Positions 1 through 13,589 of a stretch of 64,000 nt of DNA are shown in pieces (the first letter of the stretch is position 1; each line of letters begins with the position of its first letter). The translations under genes and the position numbers were made by a program. The notes under the pieces are model-generated. The model did no database searches and had not been told where the DNA came from. It saw only the letters and a list, made by a program, of their open reading frames with translations. Source of the stretch: Octopus vulgaris. Taxonomy: Eukaryota. The stretch covers positions 46,500,001 through 46,564,000 of the forward strand of contig OX597818.1 of the NCBI GenBank assembly GCA_951406725.2. The letters run 5' to 3'.

Positions 1-1344
1 CAAAACGTCAGAAAATCAAATAGCCTTTGTACAACGATCAGATTCACTACCTACAACATTCTTAGCTCACTACATTATCTATGCCAGCTCTTATTTTACC
101 ATGTTATGTTTCAGCTATGTCCCCCAAATAATCTACTCCTTCCACACACGCGCACACACAGATGGGTGGGGGCGGAGCGCTACATGGAATTCACTGATGA
201 AAATACGGCATTTTTAGAGGGCTCGAAGTTTGGAGATTTGTTGCACTTAATGGTGTGTCCTTCGACATGGCACTCTTGTCGAGCATGTACGATCAAAAGC
301 GTTACGGCCATGACCATTCTGTCTTTTCTTCCGTCTTAAGGACTACACAATTCAAGGTGTTCTTCCAATCTTAAGACTGTCCTGTTTCGTTTGAGATAGA
401 TTTGATTGTTATTTCTTGCAGATCAAACAAGCAGAGTTGGCAGCATGGCTAAGAAGCTCGTTTGCAACAGTATCGATGATTTCGAGTTCTATTCTCTGCA
501 CTGCATCATCGGCATGAATCTTCTCCCACAATCTTGGGTCGACCAAAACATCGTCAATGAAATTCGGATGACGGAAACTCTGCAGGAGACCACCAGAGGG
601 ACTGTTCTTTTGTGGGGAGGGGGAGGGGCTACAGGTGCAGTTACCCAGGTGCAAAATTCTTACGTCTGTAAACTTTCAAACGAAAAAAAGAATAACGTAG
701 CAATAATAAAAGAATAAAAGAGATTGAGCCCTCCTTGCTTGGCAACCCACCCTACGTCACTGCTTTGGGTTCTCTTAAGAGTATCTACTTTTGATCAGGG
801 TTCAGACTAAAAGATATTTTTGTACCTATCAGTCTCGGGCGCTCTGAAAAGCGTCATGTGTGCTGTTCCTTTGCAGCCTAATCCGGTGTTTCTAATAAAA
901 GAATAAGGCAAACCCTTTGAATGGTGGCTGTGAGGATTGAAAAGGTGACGGAAAATTGTCATATTTGATAAAATTAAGACAGATTCCAGCTTTTTAAACC
1001 TGTCCGACATTATAGTTAAGAAAGATGAATTATGTGGGTGCAAAATTTTTGGCCTTCTCATTAATAAAGAGGGAGGTGATGGAAATGTTCCTATTTGAGA
1101 AATACTATTTAAAAAGTTTTTGTTTCATTGGCTCATACTGCAAAATGTTCATTGATATGCTTTCTTCAAGGAAGAGATTGTAGAAGACAAAGGGAAGCTG
1201 ATTGAAAAAGGTAAGTGGTGCGTGTATCCTAAATATGTAGCTATCACAGTGTTACATTTATTTCAAATTAAGAGAATATACTGACAATGTCAGAGTCGTA
1301 GACATTGTTTGACGGTCATAGCAAAGAAAACAGGACAAGATATA

Positions 1345-3050
1345 TACCTATTTCTTTACTACCCACAAGGGACTAGACACAGAGGGGACAAACAAGGACA
1401 GACAAGCGGATTAAGTCGATTACATCGACCTCGGTGCGTAACTGGTACTTATTTAATCGACCCCGAAAGGATGAAAGGCAAAGTCGACCTCGGCGGAATT
1501 TGAACTCAGAACGTAACGGCAGACGAAATACCTATTTCTTTATTACCCACAAGGGGATAAACATAGAGTAGACAAACAAGGATGTCCATAGGTATTAAGT
1601 CAATTACATCGACCCCAGTGCGTAACTGGTACTTAATTTATCGACCCCGAAAGGATGAAGGGCAAAGTCGACCTCGGCGGAATTTGAACTCAGAACGTAA
1701 CATCAGACGAAATACCTATTTCTTTATTACCCACAAGGGGCTAAACATAGAGTGGACAAACAAGGAGAGACATAGGTATTAAGTCGATTACATTGACCCC
1801 AGTGTGTAACTGGTACTTAATTAATCGACCCCGAAAGGATGAAAGGCAAAGTCGACCAATGCGGAATTTGAACTCAGAACGTAGCGGCAGACGGAATACC
1901 TATTTCTTTACTGCCCACAAGGGGCTACACACAGAGGGGACGAACAAGGGCAGACAAACGGATTAAGTCGATTATATCGACCCCAGTGCGTAACTGGTAC
2001 TTATTTAATCGACCCCGAAAGGATGAAAGGCAAAGTCGACCTCGGCGGAATTTGAACTCAGAACGTAACGGCAGACGAAATACCTATTTCTTTATTACCC
2101 ACAAGGGGATAAACATAGAGTAGACAAACAAGGATGTCCATAGGTATTAAGTCAATTACATCGACTCCAGTGCGTAACTGGTACTTAATTTATCGACCCT
2201 GAAAGGATGAAAGGCAAAGTCGACCTCGGCGGAATTTGAACTCAGAACGTAACATCAGACGAAATACCTATTTCTTTATTACCCACAAGGGGCTAAACAT
2301 AGAGTGGACAAACAAGGAGAGACATAGGTATTAAGTCGATTACATTGACCCCAGTGTGTAACTGGTACTTAATTAATCGACCCCGAAAGGATGAAAGGCA
2401 AAGTCGACCAATGCGGAATTTGAACTCAGAACGTAGCGGCAGACGGAATACCTATTTCTTTACTGCCCACAAGGGGCTACACACAGAGGGGACGAACAAG
2501 GGCAGACAAACGGATTAAGTCGATTATATCGACCCCAGTGCGTAACTGGTACTTATTTAATCGACCCCGAAAGGATGAAAGGCAAAGTCGACCTCGGCGG
2601 AATTTGAACTCAGAACGTAACGGCAGACGAAATACCTATTTCTTTATTACCCACAAGGGGATAAACATAGAGTGGACAAACAAGGAGAGACATAGGTATT
2701 AAGTCGATTACATCGACCCCAGTGTGTAACTGGTACTTAATTTATCGACCCCGAAAGGATGAAAGGCAAAGTCGACCTCGGCGGAATTTGAACTCAGAAC
2801 GTAACGGCAGACGAAATACCTATTTCTTTATTACCCACAAGGGGCTAAACATAGAGTGGACAAACAAGGACAGACATAGGTATTAAGTCGATTACATTGA
2901 CCCCAGTGTGTAACTGGTACTTAATTAATCGACCCCGAAAGGATGAAAGGCAAAGTCGACCAATGCGGAATTTGAACTCAGAACGTAACGACAGACGAAA
3001 TACCGCTAAGCATTTCGCCCGGGGTGCTAACGTCTCTGCCAGCTCGCCGC
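1345..3050 (-). mobile_element. tRNA-derived SINE family A as a concatemer: one head plus nine 184-bp body units
   Basis: Units start at 1345, 1529, 1713, 1897, 2081, 2265, 2449, 2633 and 2817. The head (rc GCGGCGAGCTGGCAGAGACGTTAGC, A-box-like) is at 3001-3050. Each unit has B-box-like GTTCAAATTCC and the GCCTTTCATCCTTTCGGGGTCGAT central motif. Confidence 0.92.
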
Positions 3051-4069
3051 AAAAAAACTGAATTGCTTCGTTTTGATATGCTTGAATAATGTTTGTATAA
3101 TCAAATTAAAATGAATGGGGGAAGATAAGGAAACATATAGCAAGATTTTGCACGGACGGCAAGCAAGACATGTTTCATATTTTTAAAACTAAGCAGATTA
3201 ACACATGCCAGACGAGAAGCACTTGCAATAAAACAAAACGCTTCGTTGCTTTTCATTTCCGAATATTCACCTCTTATAATCTATGTGAGTTAAGTAGTTT
3301 TTGTATGAGTAATGATTCATTCTGTTTATATCAGTGCATATTCAACATATTCACATTAGTCGCTGACAGAATTAGATTTCCTATGTTCAGATCTTTCTCT
3401 TTCAACCGTACGATAAACAACCGCCACCGCCGCTGCCGCCGTCATCACCACACCCCCATTACTATGACGACAACAGCCACCATTACCACTGCCACGACCA
3501 TCCCCCATCTTCGCAGCAACAACAGTAGCAACAACGGTGCACTTATAAGGAAGGTGGGAAAATGTGAAAATGCATTTTATGTGAGTGTGTATATATGTGT
3601 GGATAGGTTACACGCTATTTGTATCTAATGACTAACTTTATATGTGTGTATGTGCACGTGTGTGTATGCATGGACATGTATGCGTGGGTGGAATTTCTGC
3701 TAGTGTGTTTTTAATGTGTCTGTATACACGTTCAAATGCATTTTTAATGGGTTAATCAGAAAGAGGGCACCAACAACAACCCCTTTGAAGGCTTCAATGA
3801 TGGGTGCGAGCAAGGGTGGAAACCAAAGGTGCTCTCAAACCAGAGACCTTGTCTGAATGCTTACAACAGAATGGACCTCGCTAAAGACACCCAAGGGTCA
3901 GGTAATGGTGGTTAAACTGAGCGATGGATTCAAACATGAACAGTCCTCCCTGCCGTGGGTCCCCATATAGTCATAATCAAGCAAATTTCACTCACGAGAC
4001 TTTGTTAGGATAGAACCAAAAACTTTTTAATCAATGAACTTCTTTAAGCACACAATCATACTTGAAAGA

Positions 4070-4239
4070 GTGTGTGTGTTTGTGCGTGTTTGTGTGTGTG
4101 TGTGTGTGTATGTGTGTGTGTTTGTGCGTGTATGTGTGTGTGTGTGTGTGTATGTGTGTGTGTTTGTGCGTGTTTGTGTGTGTGTGTGTATATGTGTGTG
4201 TGTTTGTGCGTGTATGTGTGTGTGTGTGTGCATGTGTTC

Positions 4240-4285
<46 letters not shown>
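4070..4285. repeat. (GT)n/(GA)n compound microsatellite
   Basis: Visible dinucleotide runs. Confidence 0.95.
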
Positions 4286-4286
<1 letters not shown>

Positions 4287-4429
4287 GGGGAGAGATGGGG
4301 CACTTTCATACGTTCAGGTGTGCCAAGTTAGCGTGAATTTGTTTATGCATGTGCGTCTGATGTATGAATATGATACGTAAGCATATACGTGTATGATGTG
4401 AGTATATGAGAGCGTATGTGTGTGTGTGG

Positions 4430-4461
<32 letters not shown>

Positions 4462-4607
4462 AAGAGGGCGTGCATTCGTACACGTACTGGTGTGCTATGC
4501 TACGCTGGTGTGCATCTGTTCATATATGTGTGAGATACGTAAAATATGTGTGTACATGTATGATGTGAGCATGTGTGTGAGTGAGTATGTGTGGGCATGC
4601 GCAGGTT

Positions 4608-4970
<363 letters not shown>

Positions 4971-4971
<1 letters not shown>

Positions 4972-5309
4972 GGTTCCGTTAAGTCCCACTGCGTGGCACC
5001 TTGGGCAAGTGTCTTCTACCATAGCCTCGGGCCGACCAAAGTCTTGTGAGTGGATTTGGTAGACGGAAACTGAAAGAAGCCCGTCGTATGTGTGTGTGTG
5101 TGTGTGGATATGTTTGTGTGTCTGTGTTTGTCTATCCAACATCGCTTGACAACCGATGCTGGTGTGCTTACATCACTGTAACTTAGTGGTTCGGCAAAAA
5201 GAGACCGACAGAATAAGTACTAGGCTTACAAAGTATAAGCTCGACTAAAGGAGGTGGTCCAGCATGGCCACAGTCAAATGACTGAAACAAGTAAAAGAGT
5301 AAAAGAGAG

Positions 5310-5310
<1 letters not shown>
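4971..5310 (+). mobile_element. SINE family B (CORE-like), 5'-truncated
   Basis: CCTTGGGCAAGTGTCTTCTAC CORE-like motif, internal (TG)n, and a tail ending AAACAAGTAAAAGAGTAAAAG shared with other copies. Confidence 0.85.
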
Positions 5311-5397
<87 letters not shown>

Positions 5398-5399
5398 TG

Positions 5400-5430
<31 letters not shown>

Positions 5431-5580
5431 GGGTGAGAGAGAAAGTGTGCATCTGCGTTCAGGTGTGTTCACTGGGGTGCATTAATTCACAATTGTGTAC
5501 ATGTATGTAATGTGTAGTGTGTGTGTGTGTCTGCGAGAGAGAGAGAGAGAGAGAGCACGCGTGTGCGTGTTAATTGTAAA

Positions 5581-5650
<70 letters not shown>

Positions 5651-5747
5651 TCCCTAGAAATAAGAAGAACAAAAGCAAAAAGAAAAACAATGCGAGGACG
5701 TGGTATATGTAAAGTATTAGCAGACGCTCAAGGAAGGAAAGAAAGGT

Positions 5748-5784
5748 GGTTTAACGTTTCGAGCAACGCTCTTCCTCAGAGACA
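5748..5784 (-). ncRNA. minimal type I hammerhead ribozyme motif (Penelope-like element type)
   Basis: rc GTCT-CTGAGGA-A-GAGC-GTT-GCTC-GAAACGTT-AAAC; conserved core, stem II GAGC/GCTC, palindromic ACGT stem III. Confidence 0.7.
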
Positions 5785-7532
5785 GAGGAAAGTCCAATGG
5801 AAAGGAAGACGGAGGAAGAAAATCGCCAACGATTCACATGTGGTTACATTTTGAAATGACAGGAAGGGAATGGGTGAAGAAAAAGTCCTTTCTAAGATAG
5901 GAAAGTGTTAGTGAAGGAGGTATGTGTGGGTGTGTACGTGCGCGCAAATCTGTATATGTGTAATAGAACGTGTGTGTGCATGTGTATGTGTTATGTGTGG
6001 TGTGTGTGTGTGTAGTGTGTGGGTGGTATATGTACATTGATGTGTGTGTGTGTGCGTGTGTGTATATGTATGTGTTGTGCATGTGTTTGTGTATGAGCGT
6101 GTGTGTATGCGAGTGTGTGCGTGGGGTTGTTATGTGGAGGTATATGTGCGTTCCTGTATGCGTGTGTGTGTGTGCGCGTGTGTGTACGTGTGTATACGTG
6201 TGTGTATGTGTGTGTGTGTGTGTGCATGTATGTGTGTGTATGCATGTGCATGTATGTGTGTTGCGTGTGTGTGGTGTGTGGGGGAGGTACATGTGCGTTC
6301 ATGTGTGTTCGCGGTAGCGTGTATTTTTTCGTGTGTTGTGTGTGTGTGTTTCTACGTGTGCGTGTATACAGAAATAAAATAAAGTATACTAAAATAAGAT
6401 CGATAAATAAAGGAGGGGGAGAGAAAGGGTACAAGATGTAAACAAAATTACAAATATTAACAGGTGCACGATAAAAGATTAAAAAATTAAATAACAAAAA
6501 TTAAAGGGACAAAATAGAAATTAATACAATTATTATAAAATAAAGCAATTAAAGAGTTAAGCAGTTCGACGGAAAGAAAACGAGAAAAAATCGAGAAAAG
6601 GGTAACAGTGTAAAAATGTACATGGTTATAAGAGAGGATAAAATAAGATGAACTAAAATAAAATAAAATAATAAAGTTGCTTTTTTTAAGGAGTTTGTAG
6701 AGGCAGTCGTTAAGAGGAGGAGGTTGTGTCGAGTCTGAAAGGAATGCATTCGCCCTAGTACAGCTCTAAATATTGTCCTTTCATACAACAGTAACCGAAA
6801 CTAAAAATGTCTCGTTTAATATTCCAAAACACCATAAACATGTTCTATAAAGTCATACACAAATATTCTAGACGGCTTCCATATTGTCGATAACACTTGA
6901 TAACAACACGGAAGTATATTCCTGTTATCAGAGCTGAATTCACCTGACTGCGGAAGTCAAGTGGTGAAAAAAATAATGAAAGATCTCACATTTCCTATCC
7001 CGGCAAACTGGCTCTAATTAACATCGCTAAGCTTTAGAATCTTTGAAATACCACCTTGATTTACTTAAGTGCAATGTTTTTGGCATTATGCATCTTATAA
7101 GATAACTAAGTAAATATCATCAAAATTATGTAGAAACTAGTTAAGTTTATTCTAATTCTCTTTTAATTCTCTTCTAATTCATCATCGCCGTCTCCTATCA
7201 ACCGTATCTTTGTTCTTGTGTCGAGAAAGATAATCTGCTCGCTACATAACCCATTCGTTCATCTGCGCCCCAAGTTCATATTATTGTGCATAACTATAAA
7301 ATGCAATAAGTTTCAGGTTTTTTTTTTCTGTAACAGCTGATAATGAAAGGTAAAGGCAGAGGATCTGCAGCATTAGCAGGGATTAAGTACTGTTAATGTG
7401 CTTTCACTAGACACAAGACCAATGTTTGTATCACACCTACTTACAAAACACAGTAATAATAATAATAATAATAATAATAATAGTAATAATAATAATAATG
7501 ATGATGATGATGATGATGATAATAATAATAAT

Positions 7533-7888
7533 CCTTTCTACTAAAGGCACAAAGCCTGGAATTTGGGAAGGGATGATTAGTCGATCACATTGACCCCAGT
7601 CTTTCACTGGTACTTATCGATCCCGAAAGAATGAAAGGCAAAGTCGACCTCGGCGGAATTTGAACTCAGAACGTAATGCTAGGCATTTCGCCCGGCTTGC
7701 TGACGATTCTGCCAGCTCACCACCTTAATAATAATAATGATAATAATAATAACAACAACAACAACAATGATAATAATGATAATAATAATAATAATCCTTT
7801 CTACTATCGGCACAAGACCGGAAATTTGGGGAAGGTGGATAATCGATTTCATCGACCCCAGTGTTTCACTGGTACTTAATTTATCGAG
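7533..7888 (-). mobile_element. two family A SINE copies inside (AAT)n
   Basis: GGCAAAGTCGACCTCGGCGGAATTTGAACTCAG motif in the first copy; the second is a 3' fragment; AAT repeats on both sides. Confidence 0.8.
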
Positions 7889-7958
7889 TCCGTCTATTGC
7901 CTGCAACAGGTTCAACGTTACTTTTATCTTGCAGCATAGGAACAATTATTGTAATTTG

Positions 7959-8044
<86 letters not shown>

Positions 8045-8098
8045 TGTGTAAATATTATTGGATGTTCCTCATATCCATGCTATTATTATGAATAATCG

Positions 8099-8317
8099 AG
8101 GCAGCGAGCTGGCAGAATCGTTAGCGCTCCAGACACAGTGCTAAGCAGAACTTCTTCCGGCTGTTTATATTCTGGGTTCAAATGCTGCCGAGGCCGATTT
8201 TGCCTTTCATTCTCTCGGGGTCGACAAGATAAAGTACCAGTAAAGCACTGAGATCGATGTAGTCAACTAAACCCTACTCCCTCAAAAACTGCTCGCCTTG
8301 TACCAAAATTGAAACCG
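8099..8317 (+). mobile_element. diverged family A SINE
   Basis: GGCAGCGAGCTGGCAGAATCGTTAGC head and GCCTTTCATTCTCTCGGGGTCGA body. Confidence 0.75.
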
Positions 8318-8782
8318 TTACAATAAATAACCATATTACAAGAAAGCTATTCATTTGTGCTATATGAATGTTTGGCGCTGAAACAAATCCAGAGGTGTTT
8401 ATTGCCGCAAAATATCAAAAACATCATAAATGAATTAACTGTTAAGACTTCCAACGTAAAGCAACATAAAACATTAGAAGCACCAGTCTGAGATAGAGAA
8501 CTGTTTTTCTTTCCTTCTTCAGATTGGTCATGTAATGTCTGATATCACTTTACTGGTAACATTATATATCAACAAGGATTTGAGTTGCACTGAAAAAGTT
8601 ATTCTTAGGCAATAAAATCTTTTGTCTAGTAAATTTACTCCAGTTAAATGTAAACATATCGATGTAAGTTAAAAAATCCCAACATTACAACTCAATCACA
8701 TCTACAAACATCATATCGTTTTAATCCTCTCAGACCTGAACCCCTGTGTTTAACTTTACCCTCCATCTGGGCTTCTGTGCAA

Positions 8783-8813
<31 letters not shown>

Positions 8814-8897
8814 GTAATTATAATAATAATAATAGCAATAATAATAATAGTAATGATAATAATAATAATAATAGTAATAATAATAATAATGATTATG

Positions 8898-8945
<48 letters not shown>

Positions 8946-8969
8946 GTAATAATAATAATAATAATAATA

Positions 8970-9104
8970 TGCACACATCCTACGCAGAACACTTTCCATA
9001 CAATAACCATCAGAGCATCACAACAAATCACAGCACATACCCAAGGCACACAGAGCTGCGCTCGGTAGTGAAGTGAAAGCACGCTATAAAAATAAAACTA
9101 CTGA
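8970..9104 (+). mobile_element. 3' tip of an R4/Dong-like non-LTR retrotransposon
   Basis: Translates AHILRRTLSIQ* (same C-terminal motif as 9174-9400), then a short 3'UTR, flanked by (AAT)n. Confidence 0.65.
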
Positions 9105-9113
9105 ATAATAATA

Positions 9114-9173
<60 letters not shown>

Positions 9174-9596
9174 GAACCTACCAAAAACTGAGCAAGTATA
9201 AAGATCTTGAAATAGAAATTAGCAAAATGTGGAACCTGAAGGCGAAAACAATACCTGTTGTCATAGGTGCCCTGGGAATGATAGCAAAAGGGGCTGATTG
9301 CTACCTAGCTCAGATACCAGTAAACCCCAAAATGGCGGAAATTCAAATGATAGTTCTCATGGGAACTGCCCATATTCTACGTAAAATACTTTCTATGTAA
9401 TTTCAAGTTTTAAAACAAACACATAATTTTCTTATGGTTTCTTAAACATTCTCTAGAACAACACTATGTACAAAACCAAATATATGGCACCCTAGGCGTA
9501 ACACCGACATGAACTTCCAACTTGTTGTCTCTTGAGGCCTCTGGGTGAGACTTAGAGCCAACTTGTACAAATGTAAAGCGAAAGTCAAACATAAAA
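9174..9596 (+). mobile_element. 5'-truncated R4/Dong-clade non-LTR retrotransposon (restriction-like endonuclease C-terminus + 3'UTR)
   Basis: YQKLSKYKDLEIEISKMWNLKAKTIPVVIGALGMI...MGTAHILRKILSM* matches the K..KY..L and P.V.GALG motifs; inserted in (TAA)n, the known Dong target. Confidence 0.88.
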
Positions 9597-9604
9597 TGAT
9601 GATG

Positions 9605-9651
<47 letters not shown>

Positions 9652-9939
9652 CAGTTGCATATACAGCAACGATTGCAGGCAAACTAATGGACAGAATTGT
9701 CTGCATCTTCTTTTTCTACATGTGTTGTTCATTCCTGTTTTACCGTGAATCCAGCAGAGGTGACATTTCACCCATTCCCGCTATAGCGGGAAAACGGAGA
9801 GACATAGGTGAAGCAAAATGTAAAAAGCACGAAAGCGACTTTAAATAATTTTGTTTTGTTTCAAGAATCGATATAAACAATGTGCATGCTTTGATTAATT
9901 AAACTATCAAAAATAGTTTGATAGTTGGAAGATCAAAGT

Positions 9940-10157
9940 CGGCGAGCAGGCAGAATCGTTAGGATGCCAATCAAATTACTTAGTGCCATTTCGTCCGTCT
10001 TTATGTTCAGAGTTCAAATTTCATCGAGGTCCACTTTGCCTTTCATCTCCTTCGGAGTCGTTAAAATAAGTACCAGTTGAGTACTGAGGTCGCTGTAATT
10101 GACTTACACCCTTTCCCCCCGAAATCGCTGGCCTTGTGCCAAAATTTGAAACCGATT
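9940..10157 (+). mobile_element. diverged family A SINE
   Basis: Head and central motif similar to other family A copies. Confidence 0.75.
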
Positions 10158-10171
10158 TTTGAAAGATCATC

Positions 10172-10200
10172 ATATGTATATGTATGTATGTATGTATGTA

Positions 10201-10237
<37 letters not shown>

Positions 10238-10254
10238 ATGTATGTATGTATGTA

Positions 10255-10287
<33 letters not shown>

Positions 10288-10308
10288 ATGTATGTATGTA
10301 TGTATGTA

Positions 10309-10369
<61 letters not shown>

Positions 10370-10695
10370 ATGTATGTATGTATGTATGTGTGTTTGTGTG
10401 TATGTGTGTATGTATGTATGTATGTATTATGTATGTATGTATGTATGTATGCATGTGTGTGTGTGTATATGTTTGTGTGTCTGTGTTTGTCCCCCCAACA
10501 TCGCTTGACGACTGATGCTTGTGTGTTTACGTCCCCGTAACTCAGCGGTTCGGCAAAAGTGACCGATATAATAAGTACAAGGCTTACAAAGAATAAGTCC
10601 TGGGGTCGATTTGCTCGACTAAAGGCGGTGCTCCACCATGGCCACAGTCAAATGACTGAAACAAGTAAAAGAGTAAAAGAGTAAACGAGTAAAAG
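10172..10695 (+). mobile_element. (TATG)n/(TG)n tract followed by the 3' half of a family B SINE
   Basis: CCCCGTAACTCAGCGGTTCGGCAAAA...GTCAAATGACTGAAACAAGTAAAAGAG. Confidence 0.8.
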
Positions 10696-11699
10696 ACATA
10701 AGCTATTTCTAAGTAAAGCTAAGGCCAGACTTTTAAATAGGTTGAGAAGATTAAATTTTGTTATTTAAGTTTAACTTCTTGCAACAAAGTTTGTGTGTGT
10801 ATGTGGGAATAAATTCTTTATGTACCTAAAAGTTGTAAAGATGAACTCAACTTATTAGAAATTACAATAATCAGAAATAATCATAACTACAATCACATGC
10901 AGACAGCTTATAGAAATTGTAGAGTTTAAGTTGTCAAAAATAGAAAATAAGCAGAAAGTGTCCAATGCAACAGTTGACTGTTTACAAGTTTCTAATAAAA
11001 CACGGCTCTTGTGGCAAACTATGTGAATAAAAGTTTCCAGTAAAACAACAGACTGTTATTAACTAGAGAAACTATTGATTAAAATGCATTGAACACCTTC
11101 GACTCTGTTATAAGATAATTGATAATGGTGATGTTATTTGGGAGGTTCAGAGGAGTAAGAATTATTTTGTAAAAGATCTTACCTGCTGAATGCAGAAACT
11201 TTACAGATGCAAATTGGAACTGAGAGAAGATAATATTAAGGTAGTTTTGCTGCGATGGTGCTCCGTGATAGGCGCGAGACATAAACTTTCAGCGCTTTTT
11301 AGCTTTTTGTACGACTATTTTTGGCGGCAATCCGTGGGGGCTGGGGCATATTCTGATGAAGCAGTGGAGGGTGGAGAAGTATTTGTGATTGATGTCTTAT
11401 ATCAGTTGATTTGTATTTGCATAGATGTTTTTGTTTTTTTTTATATTTTTTATTTTGTTTCTTTTGTCTTTATACGAATATATATATATATATGGAGGCG
11501 AGGGTGGTGGTTGAAAGGAAATAAAGAAACAGGAAAACACGTTAGAAGTGGTGGGAGTGAAGAAACAGACATGTATGTCTGTTGGTGAAATAGATGGGTT
11601 CCTGTTGATAGTTTGTATGTGTGAGTCGATGTCTTAACATATCAACAATTGTTTGTGCGTTTCTATGTAATGTTCAGTATGTGTTTGCGGGCATGTGAG

Positions 11700-11740
<41 letters not shown>

Positions 11741-13355
11741 GTGTGTGTGTGTGTGTATGTATGCACGTGTATGTGTGTTTACATCTGTGTGAGTGGGTTT
11801 GGGCTGTTTTATAGTAGATTACCATTTTTAGTGAAAGTGTGTGCTTATTTGCGATTTCGTCTCAACGGACAGATAAATGTGTTTGCGTAGGTTTTACCTA
11901 CGCATTCAGTGCATCTATCTGTCTGTCTGTGTGTATAGCATGACTTTATTGGATTCGGGTCGGAGTAGGGTAGCATATATGATGGGTGGAGTGTTGAAAT
12001 CGTTTACAACCAATAGCAGGTATAGAAGAACAAGGAAGGAAACTAATCACAAAAGAAGGTGGGTACACACCGAAGATATCACTGTGGAAAAAGCTAGGTA
12101 CTACAGGATTTGCCAACATTCTGTTTTTATTTTATATATATTTATTTTGCTTATTTATTTATTTTCTTATTTATTTATTTACATTCTCTAAACTGTTTGG
12201 CACCGCTATCTTCTTAGTTCTATATCGGAATAAGTTTTCATCTCAATCGCACACATTTCTCTGCCTCCCCTCACCTCTGCCACCAAGCAACTACACTTTC
12301 TACGCTGTCTTCATTTCCGACTTCCACCAAGTTAAGCTTCAATTTGCACAGACGTTTTCTTATTTTCTTTTGCTTTCTTTTCTCTTTTTTTTTTATATAT
12401 ATTATACTTTATTTGTGTTTCTCTCTTTCTTTCCTTCTTTCGTCCTTCCTTTCTTTTATTCTCTCTTCCATTTTTCCTTCCTTCCTTTTTTCTTCCTTCC
12501 CCTTCCCATCCTCTCTTCCTTCCTTCCTTCCTTCCTTCCTTTCATTCTTTCTTTATTTATGCGTTATCACTCATTTGCACCACATCAGACCAAGTTATTT
12601 TTTTCTTACTTCAAATATATTTTCGTTTCCTTCATATTTAAAATATTTTTTTTCTTTTTTAAAGCAGAAAAAAAAAAAAAACGAAATCTTACTCTACGTT
12701 TCAAAACAAAAAAAATGTTTTTTTTTTCACTTCTCTTCCGATAGTTAATGGCTCTAAAATTAATTTAAAGGCGTTTTCCAAATACACATGCATCTAGTTA
12801 AGAACCGAGCACGGATTACAGGCAGGCAAGAGAAAAGAAAACATAAACATCAGATGCATCTGTACATTTTGGCACACTTCTAAGTCATCATAAACATTTC
12901 ACATAAAATTATGTTACTTGTAATTTCATATCGAAAGTGCTGTGACGTTGATATCCATGTGGTGTAATAACACTGGAGAACTATAACTAGTTATTCTGAT
13001 GTAATTTGTGGCAGTTATGCGAAATGGTAATCATTTAGCAGACGAAATACATTCACCATATGTCAGTCCTTGATTAAATATTCAATTTATTTAAATATCA
13101 AGTTCATTTATTTATTTTGGCTGTTTTCTTTATCATATAACAAAGGTGGAAGGAGAAGGGATATTACAAGGAAAAATTATAGAAAATCTGGGGTGGAGGT
13201 TAGATAGAAATTGAATGAAATAAAGAACAACATCAACGAAATATATCTATATGAGAAAGTCCCAAGAGGAGGACCACCTACTGGCACCTACTAAGAACCC
13301 CCACAGAGTCAGTATTACTTTAACAACCGTTGGCAAGTGCTCTCTTCAAGGCATA

Positions 13356-13573
13356 GGAGGGAGTGTTGAAAAGTTCCTGGCTTTGGGTAAAAGAAAATAC
13401 AGGAGGATCAGTTAATTATGATTTTATGCAACATATTTCCTTCTCAGATTCACACACTTATTGTAGCGGTCCTTCAGTTTTTCTAAGCCCTGTAGAAGAA
13501 CTCGGAAGGTTGGGTCTCCAACCAGGTCTTTCACGACACCCTTAGAGCCAGGAACTCTATAGTCCTTCCCCGC
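13356..13573. mobile_element. mariner-type MITE remnant
   Basis: Left end GAGGGAGTGTTGAAAAGTTCCTGGCT; degenerate inverted right end AGCCAGGAACTCTATAGTCCTTCCCCG. Confidence 0.6.
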
Positions 13574-13589
13574 ACCCACTCGCATTCTC

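Noticed and set aside
1171-1216. Possible 40-nt plus-strand exon ending AAG|GTAAGT
   Set aside because: Weak acceptor and no partner exons or homology
1345-3000. Hammerhead within the 184-bp unit (classic retrozyme)
   Set aside because: No CUGANGA seen on either strand; only GAAA at the junction
9776-9793. Palindrome TTCCCGCTATAGCGGGAA as a Helitron 3' hairpin or terminator
   Set aside because: No CTRR terminus at the expected distance and no second copy seen
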